This document shows positions 17,504 to 26,809 of a stretch of 64,000 nt of DNA, in pieces. Where the stretch lies: assembly GCA_004556395.1 (NCBI GenBank), contig SFHK01000012.1, positions 5,299 through 69,298 on the forward strand. Direction: 5' to 3'. Position 1 is the first letter of the stretch; every line of letters starts with the position of its first letter. The position numbers and the translations under genes are program-made. This DNA comes from Clostridiales bacterium (lineage in GTDB: Bacteria > Bacillota > Clostridia > Christensenellales > Aristaeellaceae). The notes below the pieces were generated by a model. That model saw only the letters and a list, made by a program, of their open reading frames with translations. It made no database searches and was not told where the DNA came from.

Positions 17504-19156
17504 ATGCAAATGGTCTTGAAATCGATAGACGGAGGCATGCTGAAGGAAATGTATCTTTCGGGATGCGCTCTTCTGAATCAGAATCGCGAGGCGGTCGACG
17601 CCCTCAACGTATTCCCCGTTCCGGACGGAGATACCGGAACCAACATGTCTCAGACGATGAACGCCGCGGTAAAGGAGCTGAACAGCCGGCCGTTTTCCAG
17701 CGTGTCGGATGTAGCCAGCGCCGCCGCCCGCGGTGCGCTGCGCGGCGCGCGCGGCAATTCCGGCGTTATTCTCAGCCAGATTCTTCGCGGCATCGCTTCC
17801 GCCCTTGAGGGACATGATGACATGGACGCCGCGCTGCTCGTGAAGGCGCTGCGCGCCGGCGCGCAAACGGCGTACAAGGCCGTCATGAAGCCCAAGGAGG
17901 GCACCATCCTCACCGTCGCACGCGTGATCGCCGAGGAGGTTGAATCGCGCTTCACCGGCAAGGAGGACATCATCGAAATCTTCACCATCGCCGTAAAGAG
18001 CGGCGACGCCATTCTAAAGCGCACGCCGGACATGCTCCCCGTGCTGAAGCAGGCCGGCGTGGTGGATTCCGGCGGCAAAGGCCTGATGGTCATCTACTCC
18101 GGCTTCCTCTCCGCCCTCACCGGCTCGCCGGTTGAGAGCCTTGCCGAAGCGCCCAGCGCGCCGCTGCCCGGCGATTTTGTGGACGACCACGAGTCGCTGG
18201 AGGAAATCACCTTCGGCTATTGTACGGAATTCATCGTCTCCCATCCCCGTCCGGACATCAAAAACGCCGACGTGACCCGTCTGCGCAAGCGTCTGGAACG
18301 CATCGGCGACTGCGTGCTGGTCATTTCCGACCTGTCGGTCGTGAAGGTGCATGTGCACACGAACGACCCGGGCAAGGCGCTGCAGATGGCGTTGGAGCTG
18401 GGCGAGCTGGATTCCATCAAAATCGACAACATGCTTGAGGAGCACCGCGAGCGCGTGGCCAAGCAGGCCGCGGCGCAGGCGGCCGTAAAGAACGAAGAGA
18501 AGGAATACGGCATCATCGCCGTGGCGCTGGGCGACGGCTTCTCGGAAATCTTCAAGGGACTGAATATCGACAAGATCGTGGACGGTGGCCAGACGATGAA
18601 CCCGAGCATCGACGAGATCAAGCAGGCCATCGATTCCACGAACGCCAAGAACGTGTTCGTGCTGCCGAACAACACCAACATCATCCTCGCCGCGCAGCAG
18701 GCCGCCGGGCTGACGGACAGAAACGTCATGGTGCTGCCCACCAAGTCGGTGCCCATGGGCATTTCGGCCGCGATCGCCTTCTCGCCCGACGCGACGCCGG
18801 AGGAGAATCTTTCCGAAATGAACGCCGCGGCGGAGCGCGTGCACACCGCCTCCATCACCTACGCCGTGCGCGACACGGTGTTCGACGGCCGCGAAATTCA
18901 CGCCAACGACATCATGGGCATGGTGGACAACCGCATCCGCGTGCTCGGCTCCGACGTGCACGACGTGGCGCTTGAGGTCGTGGATGGCATGGTGACGGAC
19001 GAGAGCAGCGTCATCACCGTGTATTACGGAAGCGACATTGCGGAGGACAAGGGCGCGGAGCTGGTTTCCGAACTGGAAGCCAAGTATCCCGACTGCGAGG
19101 TCGACCTGCAGAAGGGCGGACAGCCGCTGTACTACTACCTGATCTCCGTGGAATAA
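17504..19156 (+). CDS. DAK2-domain protein (YloV / FakA-like fatty-acid kinase ATP-binding subunit)
   Basis: 550 aa. The N-terminal DhaL/DAK2 domain has DGDTGTNM. Size and position upstream of recG match YloV/FakA. Confidence 0.85.
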   Translation: MQMVLKSIDGGMLKEMYLSGCALLNQNREAVDALNVFPVPDGDTGTNMSQTMNAAVKELNSRPFSSVSDVASAAARGALRGARGNSGVILSQILRGIASALEGHDDMDAALLVKALRAGAQTAYKAVMKPKEGTILTVARVIAEEVESRFTGKEDIIEIFTIAVKSGDAILKRTPDMLPVLKQAGVVDSGGKGLMVIYSGFLSALTGSPVESLAEAPSAPLPGDFVDDHESLEEITFGYCTEFIVSHPRPDIKNADVTRLRKRLERIGDCVLVISDLSVVKVHVHTNDPGKALQMALELGELDSIKIDNMLEEHRERVAKQAAAQAAVKNEEKEYGIIAVALGDGFSEIFKGLNIDKIVDGGQTMNPSIDEIKQAIDSTNAKNVFVLPNNTNIILAAQQAAGLTDRNVMVLPTKSVPMGISAAIAFSPDATPEENLSEMNAAAERVHTASITYAVRDTVFDGREIHANDIMGMVDNRIRVLGSDVHDVALEVVDGMVTDESSVITVYYGSDIAEDKGAELVSELEAKYPDCEVDLQKGGQPLYYYLISVE

Positions 19157-19202
19157 CGCGTTACATGCCGGGCGACGGCTTCCCGGAACAAACAACAGCT
19201 TT

Positions 19203-19238
19203 GGACGTTTTCGGCATGGCTCGAAAACGTCCTTTTTC
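19203..19238 (+). terminator. hairpin plus T-run between yloV-like gene and recG (terminator/attenuator)
   Basis: GGACGTTTTCG...CGAAAACGTCC followed by TTTTT, only 13 nt before the recG start. Confidence 0.5.
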
Positions 19239-19250
19239 AGGCGGTGCCAC

Positions 19251-21257
19251 ATGACAAACACCGGACTTACCAGCATTAAGGGGCTCGGCCCCAAGCGCGT
19301 GGAAGCGCTGAAGCTCGCCGGAATCCAGACGGCGCAGGACTTTCTGTATTACCTGCCGCGCGAATACCGCGACCTGACGCGCATCACGCCGCTGTGCGAG
19401 CTGCGCGTCGGCGAGCCGTGCGCCATGCGCGTATGCGTCGCCACTCCGGCCGCGACGGTTCGCGCGGGCGGCGTAATCCTCACCCGCGCCACCGTTTCCG
19501 ACGGCACCGAGGCGCTGCCCGCCGTGTGGTTTAATCAGCCGTGGCTGCGGGAGCAGCTGAAGGTCGGACGCGAGCTGCTTCTGTACGGGCACAGCGAGGT
19601 CAAAAACGGGCGGATGCAGATTTCCTGCCCCTCCATTGAAACGGAGCAGGGACTGGTTCCCGTCTACAAACCGATTCCCGGCATGCCCGCGAAAATGCTT
19701 CGAAGCGTCATCGCCGAAATTCTGGACAAAACCGCCCGCGACGAAGACCCGCTGCCCGAAGCCATTCGCGAGCGCTTCGGACTTCTGACGCTGAACGACG
19801 CGCTGCGCGGCGCGCATTTTCCGTCCTCCGCGGAGCGGCTGCGCGCGGCGCTGCACCGGCTGTCGTTCGAAAACCTGCTCCTGTTTCAGCTGGCCGTCGG
19901 CGTAATGCGCGAGCACGTGCGCGCGGGCACGGCCATTCCGTCTGGCGCTGACGACGAAGCCGCCTACTGGCGCGCGCTCCCCTTCCCGCCCACGGGCGCG
20001 CAAAGGCGCGTGCTGCACGAAATCGCCGCCGATATGGCCGGAACGAACGCCATGGCGCGACTGGTGCAGGGCGACGTGGGCTGCGGAAAGACCGCCGTCG
20101 CGTTCGGCGCGATTTATCTCGCCGCGCGCGCGGGCTGGCAGAGCGCCATGATGGCGCCGACGGAGATTCTGGCCGCGCAGCACTATGAAAGCGCGCGGGC
20201 GCAGCTGGAGCCGCTGGGCATATCCTGCGGGCTTCTGACGGGCAGCATGACGCAGAAGGCGCACCGGCTGGCGCGCGAAAACCTCGCGTCCGGCGAATGG
20301 ACGTGCGTGTTCGGCACGCACGCGCTGATCACCGAGGAGGTCGCTTACGCGCATCTGGGTCTCGTAATCACGGACGAGCAGCACCGTTTCGGCGTGCGTC
20401 AGCGCTTGCTATTAAGTCAGAAGGGCGAAAATCCGAACGTGCTCGTCATGTCCGCCACGCCGATCCCGCGCACGCTGTCGCTGATTCTCTATGGCGACCT
20501 CGACCTTTCCGTCATCGACGAGCTTCCGCCGGGACGGCAGCCCGTGAAAACGCGCATCGTGCCGGAGCGAAAGCGGCAGGATATGTACGGCTTCATCCGA
20601 AACGAGGTCATAAAGGGGCGGCAGGTCTATTTCGTCTGCCCGCTGGTGGAGGATTCCGAGGTGGTCGACGCGCAGAGCGCCGAGCTGCTTTTTGAAAGCC
20701 TGCGCGACGAGGCCTTCCCCGACCTGCGCGTTCTGCTGGCGCACGGAAAGATGCGTTCAAAGGAAAAGGACGAAGCCGTGGAGCGCTTCCGCCGCGGCGA
20801 AGCGGACATTCTGGTCTCCACGACGGTGATCGAGGTGGGCGTGAACGTCCCGAACGCCACGGTAATGGTCATCGAAAACGCCGAGCGCTTCGGCCTTGCC
20901 CAGCTGCATCAGCTGCGCGGGCGCGTGGGGCGCGGCACGGACGAAGCGTGGTGCTTCCTGATGGCGAACCGCTCCGAGAAGCTCAAAATCATGACCGAGA
21001 CGAACGACGGCTTCCGCATCGCCGAAAAGGATCTGGAGCTGCGCGGGCCCGGCGACATGTTCGGAACGCGTCAGTCCGGCGCGCTGGCCGAGGGAATCTC
21101 CGACGCGCTGGCCGACGCGCAGACGCTGAAGATCACCCACGAGCTGGCGCGCGAGGTTTTGCGCGCGGACGACGAAAACGCCGAAAGGAAAGCGCTTCTG
21201 CGCATGGCGCGGGCGTGGCTTGCGCGCAGGGGCGAAATCGCGCTGGCAATGAACTGA
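19251..21257 (+). CDS. recG: ATP-dependent DNA helicase RecG
   Basis: 668 aa. N-terminal wedge/OB region, Walker A GDVGCGKT, DEQHRFG (DEAH-type), and later helicase motifs (MSATPIPRT, QLHQLRGRVGRG). Confidence 0.92.
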   Translation: MTNTGLTSIKGLGPKRVEALKLAGIQTAQDFLYYLPREYRDLTRITPLCELRVGEPCAMRVCVATPAATVRAGGVILTRATVSDGTEALPAVWFNQPWLREQLKVGRELLLYGHSEVKNGRMQISCPSIETEQGLVPVYKPIPGMPAKMLRSVIAEILDKTARDEDPLPEAIRERFGLLTLNDALRGAHFPSSAERLRAALHRLSFENLLLFQLAVGVMREHVRAGTAIPSGADDEAAYWRALPFPPTGAQRRVLHEIAADMAGTNAMARLVQGDVGCGKTAVAFGAIYLAARAGWQSAMMAPTEILAAQHYESARAQLEPLGISCGLLTGSMTQKAHRLARENLASGEWTCVFGTHALITEEVAYAHLGLVITDEQHRFGVRQRLLLSQKGENPNVLVMSATPIPRTLSLILYGDLDLSVIDELPPGRQPVKTRIVPERKRQDMYGFIRNEVIKGRQVYFVCPLVEDSEVVDAQSAELLFESLRDEAFPDLRVLLAHGKMRSKEKDEAVERFRRGEADILVSTTVIEVGVNVPNATVMVIENAERFGLAQLHQLRGRVGRGTDEAWCFLMANRSEKLKIMTETNDGFRIAEKDLELRGPGDMFGTRQSGALAEGISDALADAQTLKITHELAREVLRADDENAERKALLRMARAWLARRGEIALAMN

Positions 21258-21322
21258 TTTTTCCAGTCTAAAATCCATGCGAAAGGCCACACTACCCACA
21301 GATCGAACGGGAGGTGACGGAC

Positions 21323-21538
21323 TTGAGCTCGAAAAACCGTTCCGGCAGACCGGAGACCGCGGACGCGCTGGATCAGCTGAAGCAGGAAACGGCCCGCGAA
21401 TTGGGTATCAATCTGAATCGCGCGCCGGGCGAAAAGCTGTCCGCGCAGGATGCCGGCAGAGTCGGCGGCCAGATGGTAAGAAAGCTGATACGGGAATACG
21501 AGAAAGCGAACCGCCGCCCGGATCGATCGGAAGATTGA
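21323..21538 (+). CDS. alpha/beta-type small acid-soluble spore protein
   Basis: TTG 21323 after GGGAGGTG gives MSSKNRSG..., parallel to the next paralogue. ETARELGINL and AGRVGGQMVRKLI are SASP germination-protease-site and DNA-binding motifs. Confidence 0.85.
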   Translation: MSSKNRSGRPETADALDQLKQETARELGINLNRAPGEKLSAQDAGRVGGQMVRKLIREYEKANRRPDRSED

Positions 21539-21554
21539 GAGGAGTGTGTGTTCC

Positions 21555-21761
21555 ATGTCCAGCAAGAATTCGAATCGAATCAATGTTCCCGAAGCCCGCA
21601 AAGCGATGTCCAACATGAAGCACGAAGTCGCCAGCGAACTTGGCATCACCCTGAGCGAGGGCTACAACGGCAACATCGCCGCCAAGGACGCCGGCCACAT
21701 CGGCGGCAACATGGTGAAGAAGATGATCGAAGCGCAGGAGCGCTCGATGAGCGGCAAGTAA
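21555..21761 (+). CDS. alpha/beta-type small acid-soluble spore protein
   Basis: MSSKNSNRINVPEARKAMSNMKHEVASELGI...AGHIGGNMVKKMIE. It lies 16 nt after the previous SASP gene. Confidence 0.9.
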   Translation: MSSKNSNRINVPEARKAMSNMKHEVASELGITLSEGYNGNIAAKDAGHIGGNMVKKMIEAQERSMSGK

Positions 21762-21788
21762 TCAACCCGCATTCCTTACAATAGCATG

Positions 21789-21822
21789 TGCCTCCCGTCG
21801 TTCGGCGGGAGGCATGATTTTT
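21789..21822 (+). terminator. intrinsic terminator after SASP pair
   Basis: TGCCTCCCG...CGGGAGGCA hairpin followed by TGATTTTT. Confidence 0.7.
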
Positions 21823-21833
21823 CAGAAACGCTC

Positions 21834-21862
21834 TTGACAAATACCGGAAGAGCCGATATAAT
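21834..21862 (+). promoter_or_regulatory. consensus sigma-70-type promoter of hisS-aspS leader
   Basis: TTGACA (21834-21839), 17 nt, TATAAT (21857-21862). Confidence 0.7.
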
Positions 21863-21868
21863 CGCAGA

Positions 21869-22104
21869 GTAAGAGGATATGGGTCTTGACCGGGAAGAGT
21901 ACCCGTTTTCCCCGCCAAAGAGAGGGCGCGCATGGTGAAAGCGCCCGCGGCGGAAGGCGGCGAACGACGCCCCGCGAGCCTCCGCGGAAAACCGCGGCGC
22001 GTCCCGGCGATAACGGGATTGAGATGGACGGAGAATCCGTTCAATCAGGGTGGCAACGCGAAACGGCCTTTCGCCCCTGCGCGGGGTGAAAGGCTTTATT
22101 TCTA
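21869..22104 (+). promoter_or_regulatory. T-box leader (tRNA-sensing riboswitch) with terminator/antiterminator
   Basis: AGAGA box and GGTGAAA distal-loop motif in Stem I. Stem III (GACGGAGAATCCGTT) is followed by the T-box sequence AATCAGGGTGGCAACGCG (22041-22060). The terminator is GCCTTTCGCCCC-TGCG-CGGGGTGAAAGGC plus TTTATTTCT. Confidence 0.85.
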
Positions 22105-22126
22105 TCTTTGAGGAGGAACGAATCAC

Positions 22127-23386
22127 ATGCTTACACAGGCGCCCAAGGGAACGCAGGATATGCTTCCGAAAGACAGTCATCGCTGGCACAAAATCGAAGA
22201 GACGATGCGCAGCGTATGTCATCTGGCCGGATACCGCGAAATCCGTACGCCCGTGTTCGAGCATACGGAGCTGTTTCAGCGCGGCGTGGGCGACACGACG
22301 GACGTCGTTCAGAAGGAAATGTACACCTTTACCGACAAGGGCAACCGCTCCATCACGCTGAAGCCCGAGGGAACTGCGGGCGCGGCGCGCGCCATGATCG
22401 AAGCGCATCTGTACGCCGAGCCGCTGCCGCAGAAGATGTACTACGTCTCCTGCCCCGTATTCCGCTACGAGAAGCCGCAGAGCGGCCGTCTGCGCGAGCA
22501 TCATCAGCTGGGCGTCGAGGTGTTCGGCGCAAAGGACGCAAGCGTCGACGCGGAAATCATCCGTCTGGCAATGGACGTGCTCGAGGGCGTGGGCGTGACG
22601 GGTCTTTCGCTGAACATCAACTCCATCGGCTGCCCCACCTGCCGCAAGGCGTATAACGACGCGCTGAAGGCGTTCCTCGCCCCCATCCTGCCGGAGCTGT
22701 GCGAGACCTGCCGCGGCCGCTACGACCGCAACCCCATGCGCATTCTGGACTGCAAGGAAGCCAGGTGCAAGGCGCTGGTGAAGGACGCGCCCGCGATGCT
22801 GGACATGCTGTGCGACGACTGCAAGGCGCACTTTGAGTCGCTCAAGCGCTACCTGACCGGTCTGGGACTCGACTACACCGTGGACAAGGGCATCGTGCGC
22901 GGTCTGGATTATTACACCAAGACGGTCTTTGAGATCATCACCAAAACGCCGGACGGCGGCGAGCTGACCGTGTGCGGCGGCGGCCGGTACGACGGCCTTG
23001 TTGGGCAGCTGGGCGGCCCGGAAATGTGCGGCATCGGTTTTGGCATGGGCGTGGAGCGAATCATCATGGTTCAGGACATGCTCGGCTATAAGGACGACGC
23101 GCCGGCGCTGGTGGACGCGTTCGTAGTCACGATGGGCGACGAAGCCCGCGTCGAGGGCGAAAAGGTCGTGCGCGAGCTGCGGCTTGCCGGCATTCCCGCC
23201 GACCTCGACCACTGCGCGCGCAGCATGAAAGCGCAGTTCAAGTACGCCGACAAGATCGGCGCGCGCCGCGTGCTGGTCATCGCGGGCGACGAGCTGGCCG
23301 CGGGCGTGGTGAAAATCCGCGATATGCAAAGCGGCACGGAAACCACCGTGGCGCGAAATGACGTTGTGTCTTCAATCAAAGGATAA
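22127..23386 (+). CDS. hisS: histidine--tRNA ligase
   Basis: 419 aa class II aaRS. MLTQAPKGTQDMLP start, FRYEKPQSGRLREHHQLGVE (motif 2 region), CGGGRYDGLV (HisRS signature), and a C-terminal anticodon-binding domain. Confidence 0.95.
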   Translation: MLTQAPKGTQDMLPKDSHRWHKIEETMRSVCHLAGYREIRTPVFEHTELFQRGVGDTTDVVQKEMYTFTDKGNRSITLKPEGTAGAARAMIEAHLYAEPLPQKMYYVSCPVFRYEKPQSGRLREHHQLGVEVFGAKDASVDAEIIRLAMDVLEGVGVTGLSLNINSIGCPTCRKAYNDALKAFLAPILPELCETCRGRYDRNPMRILDCKEARCKALVKDAPAMLDMLCDDCKAHFESLKRYLTGLGLDYTVDKGIVRGLDYYTKTVFEIITKTPDGGELTVCGGGRYDGLVGQLGGPEMCGIGFGMGVERIIMVQDMLGYKDDAPALVDAFVVTMGDEARVEGEKVVRELRLAGIPADLDHCARSMKAQFKYADKIGARRVLVIAGDELAAGVVKIRDMQSGTETTVARNDVVSSIKG

Positions 23387-23406
23387 ACATACAGGAGGAA
23401 TCGACC

Positions 23407-25170
23407 ATGTTTCAGTCCCGAACCCACACCTGCGGCGAGCTGCGGCTTGCGAACGCCGGTGAAAAGGTAACCATCGTCGGCTGGATGGAAAACGTGCGCG
23501 AAGTCGGCAGCACGCTGGCCTTCGTGGTTCTTCGCGATTTCTACGGCACCACGCAGGTCGTCGTGGAAAACAACGAGGAAGTCATGAAAACGATCAAATC
23601 GCTGAACTGCGAAAGCACCATTTCCGTCACCGGCACGGTGCGCGAGCGCTCCAGCAAGAACACGAAAATCCCCACCGGCGAAATCGAAGTGGTTCCGGAG
23701 TCGGTCGAGGTGCTCGGCCGCTGCATCTACAACGAGCTGCCCTTCGAGATCAACCGCTCCCGCGAAGCCGATGAAAACGCTCGTCTACGCTATCGCTTCC
23801 TCGACCTGCGCAACCCGGCCGTGAAAAAGAACATCGTGCTGCGCTGCCAGGTTGTCGCGGCGCTGCGCCGTTCGATGACCGAGCACGGCTTCCTTGAGAT
23901 CACCACCCCCATCCTCACCTGCTCCTCGCCCGAGGGCGCGCGCGACTATCTGGTGCCCTCCCGCCTGAACCCGGGCAAGTTCTACGCCCTGCCGCAGGCG
24001 CCGCAGCAGTTCAAGCAGCTTCTGATGACCTCCGGCTTCGACCGCTATTTCCAGATCGCGCCGTGCTTCCGCGACGAGGACGCGCGCGCCGACCGCTCCC
24101 CCGGCGAGTTCTATCAGCTGGATATGGAAATGGCGTTCGCCGGACAGGAAGACGTGTTCGCCGTGATCGAGGACGTGTTCCCGCCCATCTTCTCCGAGTA
24201 CGGCAAGTACTCCGTCGCGTCGAAGGCGCCGTTCAAGCGCATCAAGTATAACGACGCCATGGAGCGCTACGGCTCCGACAAGCCCGACCTGCGCATCAGC
24301 CTTGTGGTGGACGACGTGACCCAGCTTTCGCAGGGCATCGGCTTTGAGGCCTTCGACGGCAGCGTGGTCAAGGCCATCGTCGCGCCCGGCTTCGACAAGC
24401 CGCGCAAGTTCATCGACGGCCTGTGCAATGACGTGCTCGCCGCCACCGAAAACAAGTGCTACTGGTTCAAGGTAAACGACGATATGTCCTTCGCGGGCGG
24501 CGTGGCGAAGTTCTTTGCCGCGAAGCACGACGAGGTCGTGAGCGCGCTGAACCTTCAGCCCGGCGCGTGCGTGTTCCTGTGCGCGGGCAAGAAGCTGATT
24601 GCGCAAAAGACCGCGGGCGTGATTCGCAAGACCGTCGGCAACGCCGTCGAGCAGTATATCGACCGCGAGCGCTATGAGTTCTGCTGGATCGTCGACTTCC
24701 CGATGTACGAAATCGGCGAGGAATCCGGCCAGCTGGAATTCTGCCACAACCCCTTCTCCATGCCCAACGGCGGCATGAAGGCGCTGGAAGAGAAGGATCC
24801 GCTGGAGATTTCCGCCTTCCAGTACGATCTGGTCTGCAACGGCGTGGAGCTTTCCTCCGGCGCTGTCCGCAACCACGATCCCGAAATCATGATCAAGGCG
24901 TTTGAGCTGGTGGGTCTGGGCGAGGCCGACGTGAAGGCCAAGTTCCCGGCCATGTACAACGCGTTCTGCTACGGCGCGCCGCCGCATGCCGGCATCGCGC
25001 CGGGCGTAGACCGCATGGTCATGCTGATGGCGGGCGAGGAATCGATCCGCGAGATCATCCCCTTCCCCATGAACAAGAACGCGCAGGATCTGATGATGGG
25101 CGCGCCGTCCGAGGTCGATCCTAAGCAGCTTGCGGACGTACACATCGCCATCGTCAAGCCCGAGAAATAA
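23407..25170 (+). CDS. aspS: aspartate--tRNA ligase
   Basis: 587 aa. N-terminal OB anticodon-binding domain, FRDEDARADRSPGEFYQLD (motif 2), inserted GAD-like domain, GAPPHAGIAPGVDRMVML (motif 3). Confidence 0.95.
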   Translation: MFQSRTHTCGELRLANAGEKVTIVGWMENVREVGSTLAFVVLRDFYGTTQVVVENNEEVMKTIKSLNCESTISVTGTVRERSSKNTKIPTGEIEVVPESVEVLGRCIYNELPFEINRSREADENARLRYRFLDLRNPAVKKNIVLRCQVVAALRRSMTEHGFLEITTPILTCSSPEGARDYLVPSRLNPGKFYALPQAPQQFKQLLMTSGFDRYFQIAPCFRDEDARADRSPGEFYQLDMEMAFAGQEDVFAVIEDVFPPIFSEYGKYSVASKAPFKRIKYNDAMERYGSDKPDLRISLVVDDVTQLSQGIGFEAFDGSVVKAIVAPGFDKPRKFIDGLCNDVLAATENKCYWFKVNDDMSFAGGVAKFFAAKHDEVVSALNLQPGACVFLCAGKKLIAQKTAGVIRKTVGNAVEQYIDRERYEFCWIVDFPMYEIGEESGQLEFCHNPFSMPNGGMKALEEKDPLEISAFQYDLVCNGVELSSGAVRNHDPEIMIKAFELVGLGEADVKAKFPAMYNAFCYGAPPHAGIAPGVDRMVMLMAGEESIREIIPFPMNKNAQDLMMGAPSEVDPKQLADVHIAIVKPEK

Positions 25171-25266
25171 TTCCGCTTCGAAGGAAGCTGTTGCACCGTT
25201 TCGTGTAGCAGCTTTCTTCGCGCAAGCCCTCGCAAGCAAGCCTTCATTGAAAGGAGCCTTCCCGTC

Positions 25267-26160
25267 ATGCGCGAACGAACCCGCGACTGGCTGCGAAAAT
25301 GCCTGACCATCGCGCTGGGCGTGCTCGTCATGTCCGTCGCCTACAACATGTTCCTCGTGCCCGCGAAGATCGCGCCCGGCGGCGTATCCGGCGCGGCGAC
25401 CATCGTGTATTATCTGACCGGTCTGCCCATCGGCGCGGTTTCGCTGGCCATGAACGTGCCGCTGTTCATTCTGGGCTGGCGGCAGGAGGGGCGCGATTTC
25501 ATCGTGCGCACCCTGCTTTCCACGGTGCTGCTGTCCCTTGCGCTGGACACGCTGAAGTTTCCGCGCATCACGGAAGACCCGATGCTGTCCGCGCTGTTCG
25601 GCGGAGTCATTCTCGGCCTCGGCCTTGGCCTCGTGTTCATGAGCGACGCGACCACCGGCGGCACCGACCTTGCGGCGAAGATGATTCAGCGCCGCCTGCC
25701 CCGGCTTTCGATGGCGTGGGTGCTGTTCGGGCTGGACATGATCGTCACCATCGCCGCCATGATCGCGTTTTCGCCGGAAGAGGGTCTGTACGCGCTGATC
25801 ACCATCTACGTGGGCACCAAGATCGCCGATTTCATGCTGGAGGGCATGCGCAGCGCCCGCGCGTTCACCGTCGTTTCCCCGCACCACGAGGCCATCGCCC
25901 GCCGCGTGATGATCGAAATGAACCGCGGTGTCACCTGCTGGAACGCCACCGGCATGTACTCCGGTCAGGAAGTCACGGTTCTTTACTGCGTTGTCTCCAA
26001 TCGCGAGGTCACGCGCGTCAAACATATCATCCTGTCCGAGGATAAAAACGCATTCATCGTCATCGCCGACGCGCACGAGGTCGGCGGCGAGGGCTTCACC
26101 TTTAATCGCCCCACCATTCCCCTGCTGCCCTGCAAGCGCAAGCCGCAGGCCCCCTCCTGA
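25267..26160 (+). CDS. YitT-family membrane protein (DUF161 repeats plus C-terminal DUF2179)
   Basis: PAKIAPGGVSGAATIVYY and TTGGTDLAAKMI repeats typical of YitT, with a soluble C-terminal domain. Confidence 0.8.
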   Translation: MRERTRDWLRKCLTIALGVLVMSVAYNMFLVPAKIAPGGVSGAATIVYYLTGLPIGAVSLAMNVPLFILGWRQEGRDFIVRTLLSTVLLSLALDTLKFPRITEDPMLSALFGGVILGLGLGLVFMSDATTGGTDLAAKMIQRRLPRLSMAWVLFGLDMIVTIAAMIAFSPEEGLYALITIYVGTKIADFMLEGMRSARAFTVVSPHHEAIARRVMIEMNRGVTCWNATGMYSGQEVTVLYCVVSNREVTRVKHIILSEDKNAFIVIADAHEVGGEGFTFNRPTIPLLPCKRKPQAPS

Positions 26161-26177
26161 TTTTCGCCTTTTCCCTT

Positions 26178-26210
26178 CGCGCGTCCGGCTGTTGCCGGGC
26201 GCGTTTTTTC
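26178..26210 (+). terminator. intrinsic terminator after yitT-family gene
   Basis: CGCGCGTCCGGC-TGTT-GCCGGGCGCG hairpin with one mismatch, followed by TTTTTT. Confidence 0.6.
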
Positions 26211-26575
26211 TGAAAAAGCGCGACTGCTACGGATACGAGATTTCCGAGTTTCTTTCCGGCCACATCGACATTTCGGACGGAACGGTGTACCCGATTCTCC
26301 GAAAGCTGAAGGTGGACGGAATGCTCACCACCTATCTTCAGGAGGAAAGCGGCGGGCCGCCGCGCAAATACTACAAGCTGACCGAGCTTGGCCTTGAAAC
26401 CTACGAAGCCGACCGCGCGCTGGCCGGAAGGGCCTTCTATATTCCCGGCGCGCTGAACCGCGTCCTCTCCGCGCTCGGAAAGGTCATCCCGCGCACGTGG
26501 ATCGCGTCGATCGTGTATCGCCGCTGGAAATACGCGCAGTGCAAATGGCTGAACCACACCTGCCCGTCGAATTAA
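26192..26575 (+). pseudogene. PadR-family transcriptional regulator remnant (5'-truncated, C-terminus atypical)
   Basis: CYGYEISEFLSGHIDISDGTVYPILRKLKVDGMLTTYLQEESGGPPRKYYKLTELG is a clear PadR winged helix. There is no room for helix alpha1. The only possible start (TTG 26192) lies inside the yitT terminator hairpin, and the C-terminal 55 aa look non-native. Confidence 0.45.
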
Positions 26576-26809
26576 GGCAACACCGCACAAATGAGGTGGT
26601 CGGCCGGCGAATGGATTTTTCGTCAGATGCAAATGCAAATCTCGAAGGTTTACTGGAGGTAAATCGAGAAATTTGCATGCCGCAGATGGCGGAAAAGACA
26701 TCACCCCCTGACGATCTCTCAGACCCTTCGGAGACAGCCCCTTACACCTTAATTCCCATTCCACACACGAATTTCTTCGCCCATTGATTTCTGTTTTGAT
26801 CCCTCGGCT

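Noticed and set aside
21258-21322. Forespore (sigma-G-type) promoter for the SASP genes
   Set aside because: - A CACACTA -10-like element is present.
- I could not find a matching -35 (GHATR) at the proper spacing, so no promoter is reported.
23785-26076. 763-aa minus-strand ORF
   Set aside because: - It is antisense to aspS and the yitT-family gene, both unambiguous.
- Its composition is low-complexity and Arg/Gly/His/Ala-rich.
25928-26191. Upstream part of the 215-aa ORF containing the PadR segment
   Set aside because: - It overlaps the 3' end of the yitT-family gene in another frame and runs through its terminator.
- Only 26192-26575 carries PadR-like sequence.
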